From contig CAZSKP010000007.1 in NCBI GenBank assembly GCA_964607485.1, positions 58,117-122,116 of the forward strand: a stretch of DNA of 64,000 nucleotides, read 5' to 3'. The stretch is from an uncultured bacterium (GTDB lineage Bacteria; Abyssobacteria; SURF-5). Below are positions 1 to 8,675 of the stretch, piece after piece. The first letter of the stretch is position 1. Each line of letters starts with the position of its first letter. Below the pieces are notes generated by a model. It worked only from the letters and a program-made list of their open reading frames with translations. It was not told the origin of the DNA and did no database searches. The position numbers and the translations under genes are program-made.

Positions 1-969
1 ATGGAGAAGTTCCTGCGCAGGCTCGTGCCCGAGGCGAGGATGGGAGTCGCCCACGGCCAGATGCCCGAACGCGAGCTCCAGTCGGTGATGGCGCGTTTCC
101 TCGAAGGACAGATAGACGTGCTCGTGTGCACGACCATCATCGAGTCCGGGCTGGACATCCCCAACGTGAACACGATGCTCATCGACCGGGCGGACAAGTT
201 TGGGCTGGCCGACCTGTATCAACTGCGCGGGCGCGTGGGCCGCTACAAACACCGCGCGTACGCGTACCTGCTGATTCCCAGCCGCAAGGCGCTCAGCGAG
301 GTGGCCCAGAAGAGGCTCAAGGCGATAGAGGAGTTCTCCGAGCTGGGCTCGGGCTTCAAGATAGCGCTTCGCGACCTCGAACTCAGGGGAGCGGGCAACA
401 TATTGGGGGCGGAACAGCACGGCGACATCGCGGCGGTCGGGTTCGAGATGTATTGCCAGCTTCTGGAAGAGGCCGTCTCTGAGCTCAAGGGGCAGAAGCC
501 GGAGAAACTGCTGTTGCCGACGGCGGAGTTCGACGTGGACAGCTTCATCCCCGACGACTACGTCGCCTCACCCGCGCAGAAGCTTTCGTTGTACAAGAAA
601 ATCGGTCTCGCAACGAGCGGAGAAGACATAGACCTCATCGAGGAGGAAATGGAAGACCGCTACGGCCCCATTCCTCCCGAGGCGGAAACCCTTCTCAAGA
701 CGGCGCGCCTGCGAGTGGTCGGCGCGGTGGCGGGGCTCGAATTCATCGGCAAGCTGGGCAAGAACATCCTGTTCCGGCCGGCGCCGCAAAAGGGATTCAC
801 CTCGAGCGAACTGGCCGGCCTGTCGAAGGACTTCGGCAAGAAGCTCATGATGCAAACCGACGGCGGCGTCAAACTGCTCATGCCCGTTGCCGACGCCGTG
901 ACGAGCGCCGTGATCGACCAGGCGACCGAGGTCGTTCGCCGTATCGCACGGATGAGAGAGACCGGCTGA
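1..969 (+). CDS. mfd: Transcription-repair coupling factor, C-terminal part (5' truncated by window edge)
   Basis: Helicase motifs VAHGQM, TTIIESGLDIPNVNT, QLRGRVGR; TRG motif RDLELRGAGNILG; TRCF domain (IPDDY...LYKKI...EDRYGPIP). Confidence 0.97.
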   Translation: MEKFLRRLVPEARMGVAHGQMPERELQSVMARFLEGQIDVLVCTTIIESGLDIPNVNTMLIDRADKFGLADLYQLRGRVGRYKHRAYAYLLIPSRKALSEVAQKRLKAIEEFSELGSGFKIALRDLELRGAGNILGAEQHGDIAAVGFEMYCQLLEEAVSELKGQKPEKLLLPTAEFDVDSFIPDDYVASPAQKLSLYKKIGLATSGEDIDLIEEEMEDRYGPIPPEAETLLKTARLRVVGAVAGLEFIGKLGKNILFRPAPQKGFTSSELAGLSKDFGKKLMMQTDGGVKLLMPVADAVTSAVIDQATEVVRRIARMRETG

Positions 970-1048
970 GATTCTCGGCCCGCGACGGGGGCAGTGAATC
1001 TGTCCGACGGTTGTGATAATAGGGCATTTGTTGTCGTATTCAGGTCTT

Positions 1049-1078
1049 TGTAGGGGCGGTTCGCGAACCGCCCCTACA
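1049..1078. repeat. GTAG-type REP-like perfect palindrome
   Basis: TGTAGGGGCGGTTCGCGAACCGCCCCTACA is its own reverse complement; related copies at 26703 and 40629. Confidence 0.9.
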
Positions 1079-1211
1079 CTTTCACCGTTTCGCATCCCGT
1101 TGACCATTCACGCGTCAGGGTTTTGAAAAAACTCAATCCGTCGTGATATAATCCCCCGAGCCAGGACCGAGACAAGCAGGTCCGGCCACATCGCGGGCAT
1201 AGTGAGGAACA

Positions 1212-2375
1212 ATGAGGATTATCCTTTACACCGGCAAGGGCGGCGTGGGCAAGACGACAATCTCGGCCGCCACCGCCGTGCGCTGCGCCGAACTGGGTCA
1301 TAAGACCATCGTAATGAGCACCGACCCGGCGCACAGCCTCGCCGATTCGCTCGACTGCAAGATAGGCGTCAAGCCGAAGAGGATGAACGAGAACCTCATG
1401 GCCGAAGAGATAAACGTGCATGAGGAGCTGAAAAAGAACTGGGGCCGCATCCAGACGTACATAAAGAAGTTTCTCAAGAGCCGCGGCTTTGAGGACCTCA
1501 TGGCGGAGGAGTTCGCCGTCTTCCCGGGCATGGAGGAGCTGTTCAGCCTGTTGAAGCTGAGAGATTACGCCGAGCACGAAGCGTACGAAGTCGCGATAAT
1601 CGACTGCGCCCCCACGGCGAGCACCGTCCGCATGCTGAGCGTGCCCGACGTGATACGCTGGTACATGGACCGCTTCTTCGACATCGAACGCCGCATCGTG
1701 AAAACGGTGAGGCCCATCGCGGAGCGCATCACGAAAGTGCCCTTCCCCACCGACGACGTGTACGATTCGGTCGAGGATTTGTTTCACAAGGTGGAGGGGA
1801 TGAAGGGGATACTGACCGACTCGAAGAAGGCGTCCATCCGGCTCGTGTTCAACCCCGAGAAGATGGTCATCAAGGAGTCGCAGCGCGCGTACAGCTACCT
1901 GAACCTTTTCGGCTTCACCGTCGATGCCGTCATAGCGAACCGCATCTATCCCGATGAGATAGACGACGCCTATTTCGACCGCTGGCGGACGGCGCAGACG
2001 AAGTATCTCGAACAGGCGAAGGCCGTGTTCGAGCCGCTCCCGATATTCGCGGGCAAGCTGTTCGACCGCGAGATGGTCGGCCTGAAGCTGCTCCACGCGC
2101 TCGCGGACAACATCTTCGGCGACACCGACCCGGCACAGGTGTTCTACAGCGAGCCCCCGATAAAGATCAAACAGGTGGACGGACGGTATAAGATGTCGAT
2201 ACACCTGCCGGGCACCCAGAAGAAGGACCTCAACATCTGGTTTGCGGGAGAGGAGCTCATCGTCGAGGTCGGCAGCTACCGCCGCAACATCCTGCTCCCT
2301 CGAAGCCTGGCACAGACGGAGATCGTCGAGGCCAAATTCGAGGGTGACGACCTCAACATAATCTTCGGGAAATAA
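1212..2375 (+). CDS. ArsA/GET3-family ATPase with C-terminal HSP20/alpha-crystallin-like domain (GET3d type)
   Basis: GKGGVGKTT, STDPAHSLADS, PGMEE, DCAPTAST; C-terminal beta-rich YKMSIHLPG...EELIVEVGSYRRNILLPRSLA...AKFEGDDLNIIF. Confidence 0.92.
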   Translation: MRIILYTGKGGVGKTTISAATAVRCAELGHKTIVMSTDPAHSLADSLDCKIGVKPKRMNENLMAEEINVHEELKKNWGRIQTYIKKFLKSRGFEDLMAEEFAVFPGMEELFSLLKLRDYAEHEAYEVAIIDCAPTASTVRMLSVPDVIRWYMDRFFDIERRIVKTVRPIAERITKVPFPTDDVYDSVEDLFHKVEGMKGILTDSKKASIRLVFNPEKMVIKESQRAYSYLNLFGFTVDAVIANRIYPDEIDDAYFDRWRTAQTKYLEQAKAVFEPLPIFAGKLFDREMVGLKLLHALADNIFGDTDPAQVFYSEPPIKIKQVDGRYKMSIHLPGTQKKDLNIWFAGEELIVEVGSYRRNILLPRSLAQTEIVEAKFEGDDLNIIFGK

Positions 2376-2380
2376 GCCCC

Positions 2381-2731
2381 ATGACCCCAAAGCGCCCCGT
2401 CGCAGGCGACGGATTCATCCAGGACCTCCTGCCGTTGGTGAAGAACGGCTTCGTGATCCTCCGCTCGATTCTCGACATACTGATAGAACGAATCGAGGAG
2501 GCGGAGAAGGAGCGGCAGGTCGATATTCGGAAGGAGACCTACGCGTCGATAGTGGACGCGCTCGAGGCCGAGGTCGAGAACGTGCGCAGCAAGGAAGCCG
2601 ACACCCCGCTGGGCGATACGAAGATAGAGGTGCTCGAGGCGGTCATCTCCGTCCTCTTGAGCGAAATGGAAGAGCTTGAAGCGAGGGGCCGGAAGAAGGG
2701 GAAGCGCCCGCACAAAGTGAAAATAGAATAG
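2381..2731 (+). CDS. Hypothetical helical protein, probably co-transcribed with the GET3-like ATPase
   Basis: 5 nt after the upstream stop; helical/coiled composition; ends in basic patch then KVKIE. Confidence 0.8.
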   Translation: MTPKRPVAGDGFIQDLLPLVKNGFVILRSILDILIERIEEAEKERQVDIRKETYASIVDALEAEVENVRSKEADTPLGDTKIEVLEAVISVLLSEMEELEARGRKKGKRPHKVKIE

Positions 2732-2780
2732 GACCAACCTGTTGTCCGAAGGAGGTTCCTCTCGACAGAATCATGGGGAG

Positions 2781-2888
2781 TGTCATTCTGAGGAGCAAGG
2801 GTCGCAGACCCGGGCGACGAAGAATCTCTCATTTTCGCGCAACTTTTCACCTCTCATCAGAAGATTCTTCGCTTCGCTCAGAATGACA
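2781..2888. repeat. GTCA-type inverted-repeat element
   Basis: TGTCATTCTGAG...CTCAGAATGACA termini with inner GAAGAATCT/AGATTCTTC pair; homologous copies at 16227 and 45476. Confidence 0.85.
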
Positions 2889-2994
2889 CATAGATAATTG
2901 CCTTTTGAGCAAGACGCCGAGGAACGGCCCGCTTCGCCGGCGAGGAAGTCTTCTCACAGTTGCGGGATGCGCGCCGGCATTCTGCCGGGGCGTC

Positions 2995-4284
2995 TCATCC
3001 GAACCAGGCGGATTTCCGCTTCTTCAACATATCGTCGAGCATGTCCTGAATCTTGTCGCGAACGTCCTCCCTGATTCTGCTGACGAGAATTTCGTCTTTG
3101 GCCGCCTGCTTTCCGTATTTTTCGAACCGGACGGGCTTGCCGAACCGTATCCGCCACTTGCTCGGAAGCGGAATCAATCCGAGCGGCCCCAGAAGAGGCC
3201 ACGCGGGGGTGACGGGGACATAGGGGAGGCCGAACGGTTTTCCCAACCTTTCGAACCGGGCGATTATCGGATATATCTCCTCCGCTCCCACGACGGCGAC
3301 CGGCACCAGAGGCGCCTTCGTCAGCATGCACAGCTTGACGAATCCGCCGCGGCCGAACCTCTGCAGTTGGTATCTCTCCGCGAACGGCTTGCCCGTGCCT
3401 TTCTCTCCCTCCGGGAAGACGCACACGAGGTTGCCCTGTTGCAGCAGGCGCTCCGCATTCTGCCGTGATGCCCTTGCGGCGCCGATACGCGCGAGAAAAG
3501 GAGCCAGGAAGGGAAGCGTGCCGAACATATCCTCGACCAGGAAGCGCACGTCCCGCTCGGTTGGGCCCTCCAGCTTGACGGCCTCGCCGATCATTATGCC
3601 GTCGAAGGGAAGCATGCCGGAATGGTTGGCCACGAGCAGCGCCGCTCCTTCGTCGGGCACGTTTTCAACGCCCTCGGCCTCCACTCGCCAGTACTTCTCG
3701 TAGAGCCATTCGAACAATGGCTCGACCCTCTCTGTATAGACCGGGTCTTTCCCGAACTCATCCACGTCGTCGGAGCGGCCGCGCAGCCGCAGCTCGCCGA
3801 ACAGCCTGCCCACCTTGTGCGGCGACGCCGTCTCGAACAACCGGCCAAGCAGCCCCGGCTCGCCCCGTTCGTCTGAGGAAAGCGTCGAGGTGCTCTCGGT
3901 GGTCGATTCCTCTTCCGGCGTGGCGTATTCCCCGGCGGCCGGGCGCTCTTTCTTCTTCCTTTGGGCGGGCCGTTCCGCCGGCGAACGTTTCTGCTTAGCC
4001 GCCTTCTTGGGTCTCTTCGACGACTTGCCCGGCTTCTCATCGGGTCGCCGGGCCTGCGTCACTGTTTTCTCTTCCCTCTCCTCTTCGCCCGCTGCCTCCG
4101 GCGGCCCCGCCGAGGGCTCGATGAGCTTGACGCGTTTGAGCGAAGGCTTATTCGCGCCGAGACCGGTCAGAGATTCTCCCGATTCCTCTCTGGCGTCGGC
4201 TTCCGCTTCTTGCGTCTTCGCTCCCGGTTTCTTAACCCCCTCGGAACGGGCGAAAGGGTCACTGCCGAGAACCTTTCTTGGCAT
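2995..4284 (-). CDS. Lysophospholipid/glycerolipid acyltransferase (PlsC superfamily) with long charged N-terminal extension
   Basis: LLVANHSGMLPFDG and VFPEGEKG blocks, DEFGKDP and LIPLPSKWRIRFGKP; first ~150 aa low-complexity K/E/P/A-rich. Confidence 0.9.
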   Translation of the reverse strand: MPRKVLGSDPFARSEGVKKPGAKTQEAEADAREESGESLTGLGANKPSLKRVKLIEPSAGPPEAAGEEEREEKTVTQARRPDEKPGKSSKRPKKAAKQKRSPAERPAQRKKKERPAAGEYATPEEESTTESTSTLSSDERGEPGLLGRLFETASPHKVGRLFGELRLRGRSDDVDEFGKDPVYTERVEPLFEWLYEKYWRVEAEGVENVPDEGAALLVANHSGMLPFDGIMIGEAVKLEGPTERDVRFLVEDMFGTLPFLAPFLARIGAARASRQNAERLLQQGNLVCVFPEGEKGTGKPFAERYQLQRFGRGGFVKLCMLTKAPLVPVAVVGAEEIYPIIARFERLGKPFGLPYVPVTPAWPLLGPLGLIPLPSKWRIRFGKPVRFEKYGKQAAKDEILVSRIREDVRDKIQDMLDDMLKKRKSAWFG

Positions 4285-5041
4285 TTTGCAAGACCTCCCG
4301 GGCCAATTCTCCCAGCATCTCGGCCCCCGTGCTGCGAGGGTCGTACTCCCATATCGTCAGCCCATGACTCTGTGCCTCGTCGATTCGGACGTTGTATCGA
4401 ATGACCGTGTCGGCGAGCCGGTCGCCGAAGTGTTCGCTGAGTTTGCCCAGTATTTCGTCCGCGAGGTTCGTGTTGCGGTACAGCGTGGGGACCACCATGC
4501 TCACGCGAAGGCCTCGCCGGCCGAATTCCTCTTTGACGGAGCCGACGGTGTCCATTATCTCGGCGCAGCCGTCGAGCGCAAAGTAGGTGAGCGAGACGGG
4601 GATGATTATCTCGTCGACGGCCAGCATTATGTTTGTGGTGATGAGCCCCAGCGAGGGCGGCGAATCGAATATCACATAGTCATATCCCCGAAGGCCGTCG
4701 AACTTCTGCTTCAGCCTCCACTCCCGGTCGCTCTCCCGAACGGCTGACAGTGGAAACCGGGTGAGCGACTTGTTGGAGATGATGACGTCGAGTCCTTCTA
4801 TCCTGCTGGGCTGGGTCACGTCCGCCGGTCGCAGCCTCTCATCGGAGAGCAGCTCGTACACAGTCTGCTCGGAATTGCGGACGTCGAGCCCCAGCGATTT
4901 TCCCACCTGTCCCTGGGGGTCCATGTCCACGAGCAGCACGCGCAGTCCCTCCTTGAGGGCGAAGTACGCGCCCACGTTGACCGCGAGGGTGGTCTTACAG
5001 CTTCCCCCCTTTTCGTTTACGAAGGCGATCTTCCTCATCAC
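4259..5041 (-). CDS. ParA/Soj-family ATPase
   Basis: NEKGGSCKTT deviant Walker A, VLLVDMDPQG, YDYVIFDSPPSLG, TVIRYNVRIDEAQSHG; overlaps both neighbours. Confidence 0.93.
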   Translation of the reverse strand: MMRKIAFVNEKGGSCKTTLAVNVGAYFALKEGLRVLLVDMDPQGQVGKSLGLDVRNSEQTVYELLSDERLRPADVTQPSRIEGLDVIISNKSLTRFPLSAVRESDREWRLKQKFDGLRGYDYVIFDSPPSLGLITTNIMLAVDEIIIPVSLTYFALDGCAEIMDTVGSVKEEFGRRGLRVSMVVPTLYRNTNLADEILGKLSEHFGDRLADTVIRYNVRIDEAQSHGLTIWEYDPRSTGAEMLGELAREVLQNAKKGSRQ

Positions 5042-6063
5042 ATTTCGGATGCGGTGGCGAGTTGAATCTTACGGAGGCGCTTGGCCCCGGCAAAGCTCAG
5101 GGCTGCCTCCCGGGTGGAATATCGAGGTTCGAATCCCAGGTCCGTCTGCGCCTTCTTCCCGTCGGCGACCCACAGGTATCGTATGTAGTCGAGATGTTGT
5201 CCGGGCGCGTCGGCGGCGTTCACGAGCCAGAGCGTCGAGACCATGGGGTAAGCCAGCGTGGGAACCAACGGGAGGCGGAATCTCCCCATCAGGCTGATCA
5301 CGGTGCTCAGGGGGAGAACTCCTTTGCCCACGATGTTGTAAGTGCCCGAACGATTCTTCTTGATCGCGGCCACAAACGCCCGTGCCGCGTCTTCTTCGTG
5401 GAGAAACTGCACCAGCGGGTCGTAGCCCATCAGCGTGGGAACGAACAGGCGGTTGAAATACTGGGTGGCGAGGTTTTGGACCGTCGGCCCGAGTATCGTC
5501 GCGAGCCGAAGCACCGTGACGACGGCGCCCGGGTGCGACTCTCTGAAGCGCTTGGCGAGGTTCTCCACCTCGATCCTGTCGCGGATATACCGGTAGCTCT
5601 TGTTGCCGTCCAGCGGATGGTCCTCGGGGAGGAGGTTGGGGTTCCGCGGGGAAGCGCCATAGACGGCGGTAGTGCTGGCGAGTATCAGCTTCTTCACGCC
5701 CGCCTTCGCGCACGCGTTGAGCACGTGCATCGTGCCGATGACCTCCAGTTCATGCGCGTATGACTCGTCCTTGACGGGCCGGCTGAAAACTGCCAGGTGA
5801 ACGACCGTGTCGCACGCGCGGCTGCTGAGTATTTCCGCAACGGAGGAGGGGGACGTGGGCTGTGTCAGGTCAATGTTGTGGAATTGCACACGTTTCGAAG
5901 TGAGCGAAGGCTTTTTGACATCGAGACAAACGATCTCTCCGCCAAAGTTCTTGTCTTCCGCCAGGGCCCTGGCAAGGCGCGTGCCGAGGAAGTTCGACGC
6001 CCCCGTGATAGCAAGGCCTCCGAGGATGGAAGCCGATTTCCGCCGGGTTCGCTTCTTGGCCAA
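5038..6063 (-). CDS. NAD-dependent epimerase/dehydratase (extended SDR)
   Basis: ITGASNFLG, VVHLA, STTAVYGA, YIRDR at the YxxxK position, QFLHEED, GTYNIVG; ATGA overlap with parA. Confidence 0.9.
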   Translation of the reverse strand: MAKKRTRRKSASILGGLAITGASNFLGTRLARALAEDKNFGGEIVCLDVKKPSLTSKRVQFHNIDLTQPTSPSSVAEILSSRACDTVVHLAVFSRPVKDESYAHELEVIGTMHVLNACAKAGVKKLILASTTAVYGASPRNPNLLPEDHPLDGNKSYRYIRDRIEVENLAKRFRESHPGAVVTVLRLATILGPTVQNLATQYFNRLFVPTLMGYDPLVQFLHEEDAARAFVAAIKKNRSGTYNIVGKGVLPLSTVISLMGRFRLPLVPTLAYPMVSTLWLVNAADAPGQHLDYIRYLWVADGKKAQTDLGFEPRYSTREAALSFAGAKRLRKIQLATASEM

Positions 6064-6131
6064 TGTCGAGGCCCCCTTTCAAGGGGAAATGTGGAGGAAT
6101 AGTCGGGGTTTGCGCCGCTCGTGCCGATACA

Positions 6132-6160
6132 AATCTAACACCTCGGGCATGGTTTGTCAA
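6132..6160 (-). promoter_or_regulatory. Putative sigma70 promoter for SDR-parA-acyltransferase
   Basis: Minus strand TTGACA (6160-6155), 17 nt, TAGATT (6137-6132). Confidence 0.55.
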
Positions 6161-6271
6161 GAAACCGTCTCCTTCCCGAAGCGCCCGACCTCGGCGTGTG
6201 CGCGAACGCACAGAAAAGAGGCGGATCGTTGGGCGACCCGCCTCACGGTGAAAGAGAAAATGACCGGCCCG

Positions 6272-6688
6272 TTACTTGCCCCTCTTTGTCAGCTTGTTCA
6301 CCCTGCCTTCGAGCCGCTCGATTTTTTTCGAGAGTGCCTCGACATCTTTTTTCGTCGGCAGGCGGAAGCTCTTCAGGGTCTTTTCGATTCTTCCGTCGAT
6401 GCTCTTCTCGAGGTCCCTGCGGTTTCTCCGAGTCCTCTTGCGGAAGTCGTTGACTATCTTCTTGCCCTCTTTTTCCGAGGCTTCGCCCCGCTCGACGAGG
6501 TCTCGCACGAACTTTTCGATCCCCTCCTCCGCGATCGAGAATGCTCCCACCGACGCCAAGATCGGAGTGCGAAGGACGTCGATCCACGTCCACTTCTCAC
6601 GTTTCGCCTTTGCCTGCTGAGCCTTTCCCTTTGCTTTCGCCGTTGACTTCTTTGCGCTCTTCTTTGCTTTCTTTGCGGCCATGTCCAT
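6272..6688 (-). CDS. Phasin (PhaI/PhaF-like granule-associated protein) with Lys/Ala-rich N-terminus
   Basis: LASVGAFSIAEE...LVERGEASEKEGKK...LPTKKDVEALSKKIERLE signature; N-terminus AAKKAKKSAKKSTAKAKGKA. Confidence 0.88.
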   Translation of the reverse strand: MDMAAKKAKKSAKKSTAKAKGKAQQAKAKREKWTWIDVLRTPILASVGAFSIAEEGIEKFVRDLVERGEASEKEGKKIVNDFRKRTRRNRRDLEKSIDGRIEKTLKSFRLPTKKDVEALSKKIERLEGRVNKLTKRGK

Positions 6689-6694
6689 ATCCTC

Positions 6695-7285
6695 CTATTT
6701 CTTTTTGCGCGCCCTTGGTTTTGAGGGATGTGACTCCGAGAGGTGCGCGTCCAGTTTCTCGACTATCGAATCCACCCTCTTGGCAATCTTGGTCAAATCC
6801 GAACGGGTAGGGAGATGCATTGCCTCGACGAAAGCGCTCACCCTCTCATCGATCTGACTTTCCAGCGAGCGGCGGCGGTTTGTGACCGTTTTGGACAGGA
6901 GCCTCAAGTAGCTCTTGGCCTCATCTTCGCTCACCTCGCCATAATCGACCAGTTTTCTGTAATATTTCGAGGAGCTCTCCTCCGCCATTTGCATGGCGCC
7001 CTTGCCGGCCAGCCTCGATTTGCGCATTATCTCGTTCAGCTCTTTGCTGCCTCGGCGTATCAACTCTTTGAGCGTGTCGAGAGGCAGGACGCTGCCCTTG
7101 GATTTTTCCTCCTCGGCCATCGCCTGAGCGAGCACCACGCTGGTGAGGTCCTCGCCCGTACGGCTGTCCATCACTTCGACGTCGTCGCCCGCCCTCACGA
7201 GCTTCAGTATGTCGGGCAGGCTTACGTAGTGGCTTTCCTTCGTGTCGTAGAGCTTACGATTGGCATATCTCTTTATTGTGCGCAT
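6695..7285 (-). CDS. PhaR-type DNA-binding domain fused to a phasin-like domain
   Basis: IKRYANRKLYDTKESHYVSL...TGEDLTSVVLAQ; C-terminal LVDYGEVSEDEAK and LPTRSDLTKIAKRVD. Confidence 0.9.
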   Translation of the reverse strand: MRTIKRYANRKLYDTKESHYVSLPDILKLVRAGDDVEVMDSRTGEDLTSVVLAQAMAEEEKSKGSVLPLDTLKELIRRGSKELNEIMRKSRLAGKGAMQMAEESSSKYYRKLVDYGEVSEDEAKSYLRLLSKTVTNRRRSLESQIDERVSAFVEAMHLPTRSDLTKIAKRVDSIVEKLDAHLSESHPSKPRARKKK

Positions 7286-7343
7286 CGTGGCGGAACTCCC
7301 GCTTTGTCAAACGCCGGCCGATTCAAAACTGTCTCAAAGCGAA

Positions 7344-7372
7344 ATTATAACACACTGCGTCAAAATTGTCAA
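7344..7372 (-). promoter_or_regulatory. Consensus sigma70 promoter for phaR-phasin
   Basis: Minus strand TTGACA (7372-7367), 17 nt, TATAAT (7349-7344). Confidence 0.75.
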
Positions 7373-7409
7373 TTCGGTGGATTTCGGTGCTTTTTCCAAA
7401 CGATTCGGG

Positions 7410-7523
7410 GTCATTGCGAGCGAGAGTCACAGACTCGACCGAAGCAATCTCGGAGGCCTTTTTCCCAATGCCATCGGGATTGCTTCGTCGCCCGAGCTTG
7501 CAGCTCTTTGCTCCTCGCAATGA
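7410..7523. repeat. GTCA-type inverted-repeat element (GTCATTGCGAG variant)
   Basis: TCATTGCGAG...CTCGCAATGA termini with inner GAAGCAATC/GATTGCTTC pair. Confidence 0.75.
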
Positions 7524-7665
7524 TGAGGCAAGGGAACGTCGTTTGGGGAAGGAATCATTTGGGCAACACGACATCCAGTGTGCTATATTATATAGAAGGC
7601 AAGCAAATGGACCGAAGAGAAGCGCGTGCATGCGCGGGAGGACACCGGATGGAAAGGGAATCAAC

Positions 7666-8661
7666 ATGAGCGGAAAAGTGAATATCATGAAAGTCTTCGG
7701 CAAGGCGCGCGCGTTCTGGGAAGCGCGAATCCTCATGACCGCCGCGGAGCTCGACATTTTCTCGCCGCTGCTCGACTCTCCGAAGACGGCGGCGCAGGTG
7801 GCGAAGGAGCTGTCCTCAGACCCGAGGGGCACGGAGACCCTCCTGAACGCGCTGGCCGCTATGGAGCTACTCGTGAAGAAGGACGGCGCGTATCGGGTCA
7901 CGCCCGGCCTTGAAAAATCTCTTTCGAGCTCCTCACCCGAGACGATTCTGCCGCTGGTCGAGCACATGGCGCAGATGTGGGAAAGCTGGGGCAAGCTGAC
8001 GGAGGTCGTGCTCAAGGGGAAAAAGGGCGGGGGCCTGAAGGCGCTCGAGAGAGACGAAGAAGGAATCAGGGCCTTCATCGGCGCCATGCACGCTATCGGC
8101 CGCGGGATGGCTCAGAGCGTCGTCGCGAGGCTCGACCTCTCGGGCCGAAAGAGTCTGCTCGACGTGGGCGGCGGTTCGGGGGTGTACACGATCGCCATGC
8201 TCCGGTCGGCCCCGCAAATGCGCGCCACCATCTTCGACCTTCCGCCCGTCATCGAGATCGCGCGACAGAAACTGGCCGAGGAGAATCTTACCGACCGCGT
8301 CACGCTGGTGAAGGGCGATTTCTACAAGGACTCGCTTCCGGGCGGGCACGACCTTGCGTTGCTCTCTGCGATCATACATCAGAACAGCTTCGAGCAGAAT
8401 GTCGAGCTGTACAAGAAGATTTTCGACGCGCTCGTTCCCGGCGGCATGCTGGTCGTCCGCGACCATGTCATGAGCGACGACCACACGGCTCCCCCGGAAG
8501 GAGCTTTCTTTGCCATCAACATGCTCGTCAACACTCAGGGCGGCGGCACGTATTCCTTCGAGGAGATAAAAGAGGGTTTGGAAAGGGCGGGATTCAAGCG
8601 AGTCGAGCTTCTCCACCGTGCGGAGATGGACAGCCTCGTGACGGCCGAGAAGCCCGCGTGA
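7666..8661 (+). CDS. SAM-dependent O-methyltransferase (dimerisation + Methyltransf_2 domains)
   Basis: LLDVGGGSG, TIFDLPPV, KGDFY, ALVPGG; start moved to ATG 7666 after a purine-rich RBS. Confidence 0.92.
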   Translation: MSGKVNIMKVFGKARAFWEARILMTAAELDIFSPLLDSPKTAAQVAKELSSDPRGTETLLNALAAMELLVKKDGAYRVTPGLEKSLSSSSPETILPLVEHMAQMWESWGKLTEVVLKGKKGGGLKALERDEEGIRAFIGAMHAIGRGMAQSVVARLDLSGRKSLLDVGGGSGVYTIAMLRSAPQMRATIFDLPPVIEIARQKLAEENLTDRVTLVKGDFYKDSLPGGHDLALLSAIIHQNSFEQNVELYKKIFDALVPGGMLVVRDHVMSDDHTAPPEGAFFAINMLVNTQGGGTYSFEEIKEGLERAGFKRVELLHRAEMDSLVTAEKPA

Positions 8662-8675
8662 GGCGCGGCCGGCTC

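Noticed and set aside
1212-2375. Arsenic-resistance ArsA
   Set aside because: Single ATPase domain with HSP20-like tail and no arsB/arsC/arsD nearby; fits the GET3d type.
1074-2390. 438-aa minus-strand ORF and similar long antisense ORFs (34573-35823, 35837-37048, 45563-47089, 47281-48741)
   Set aside because: All mirror well-supported plus-strand genes.
4259-5041. Chromosome-partition parA
   Set aside because: No parB, no parS-like palindrome noticed, no origin-region genes.
7366-7665. N-terminal extension of the O-methyltransferase in the ORF track
   Set aside because: Runs through a repeat element and promoter region; ATG 7666 has an RBS and matches the domain start.
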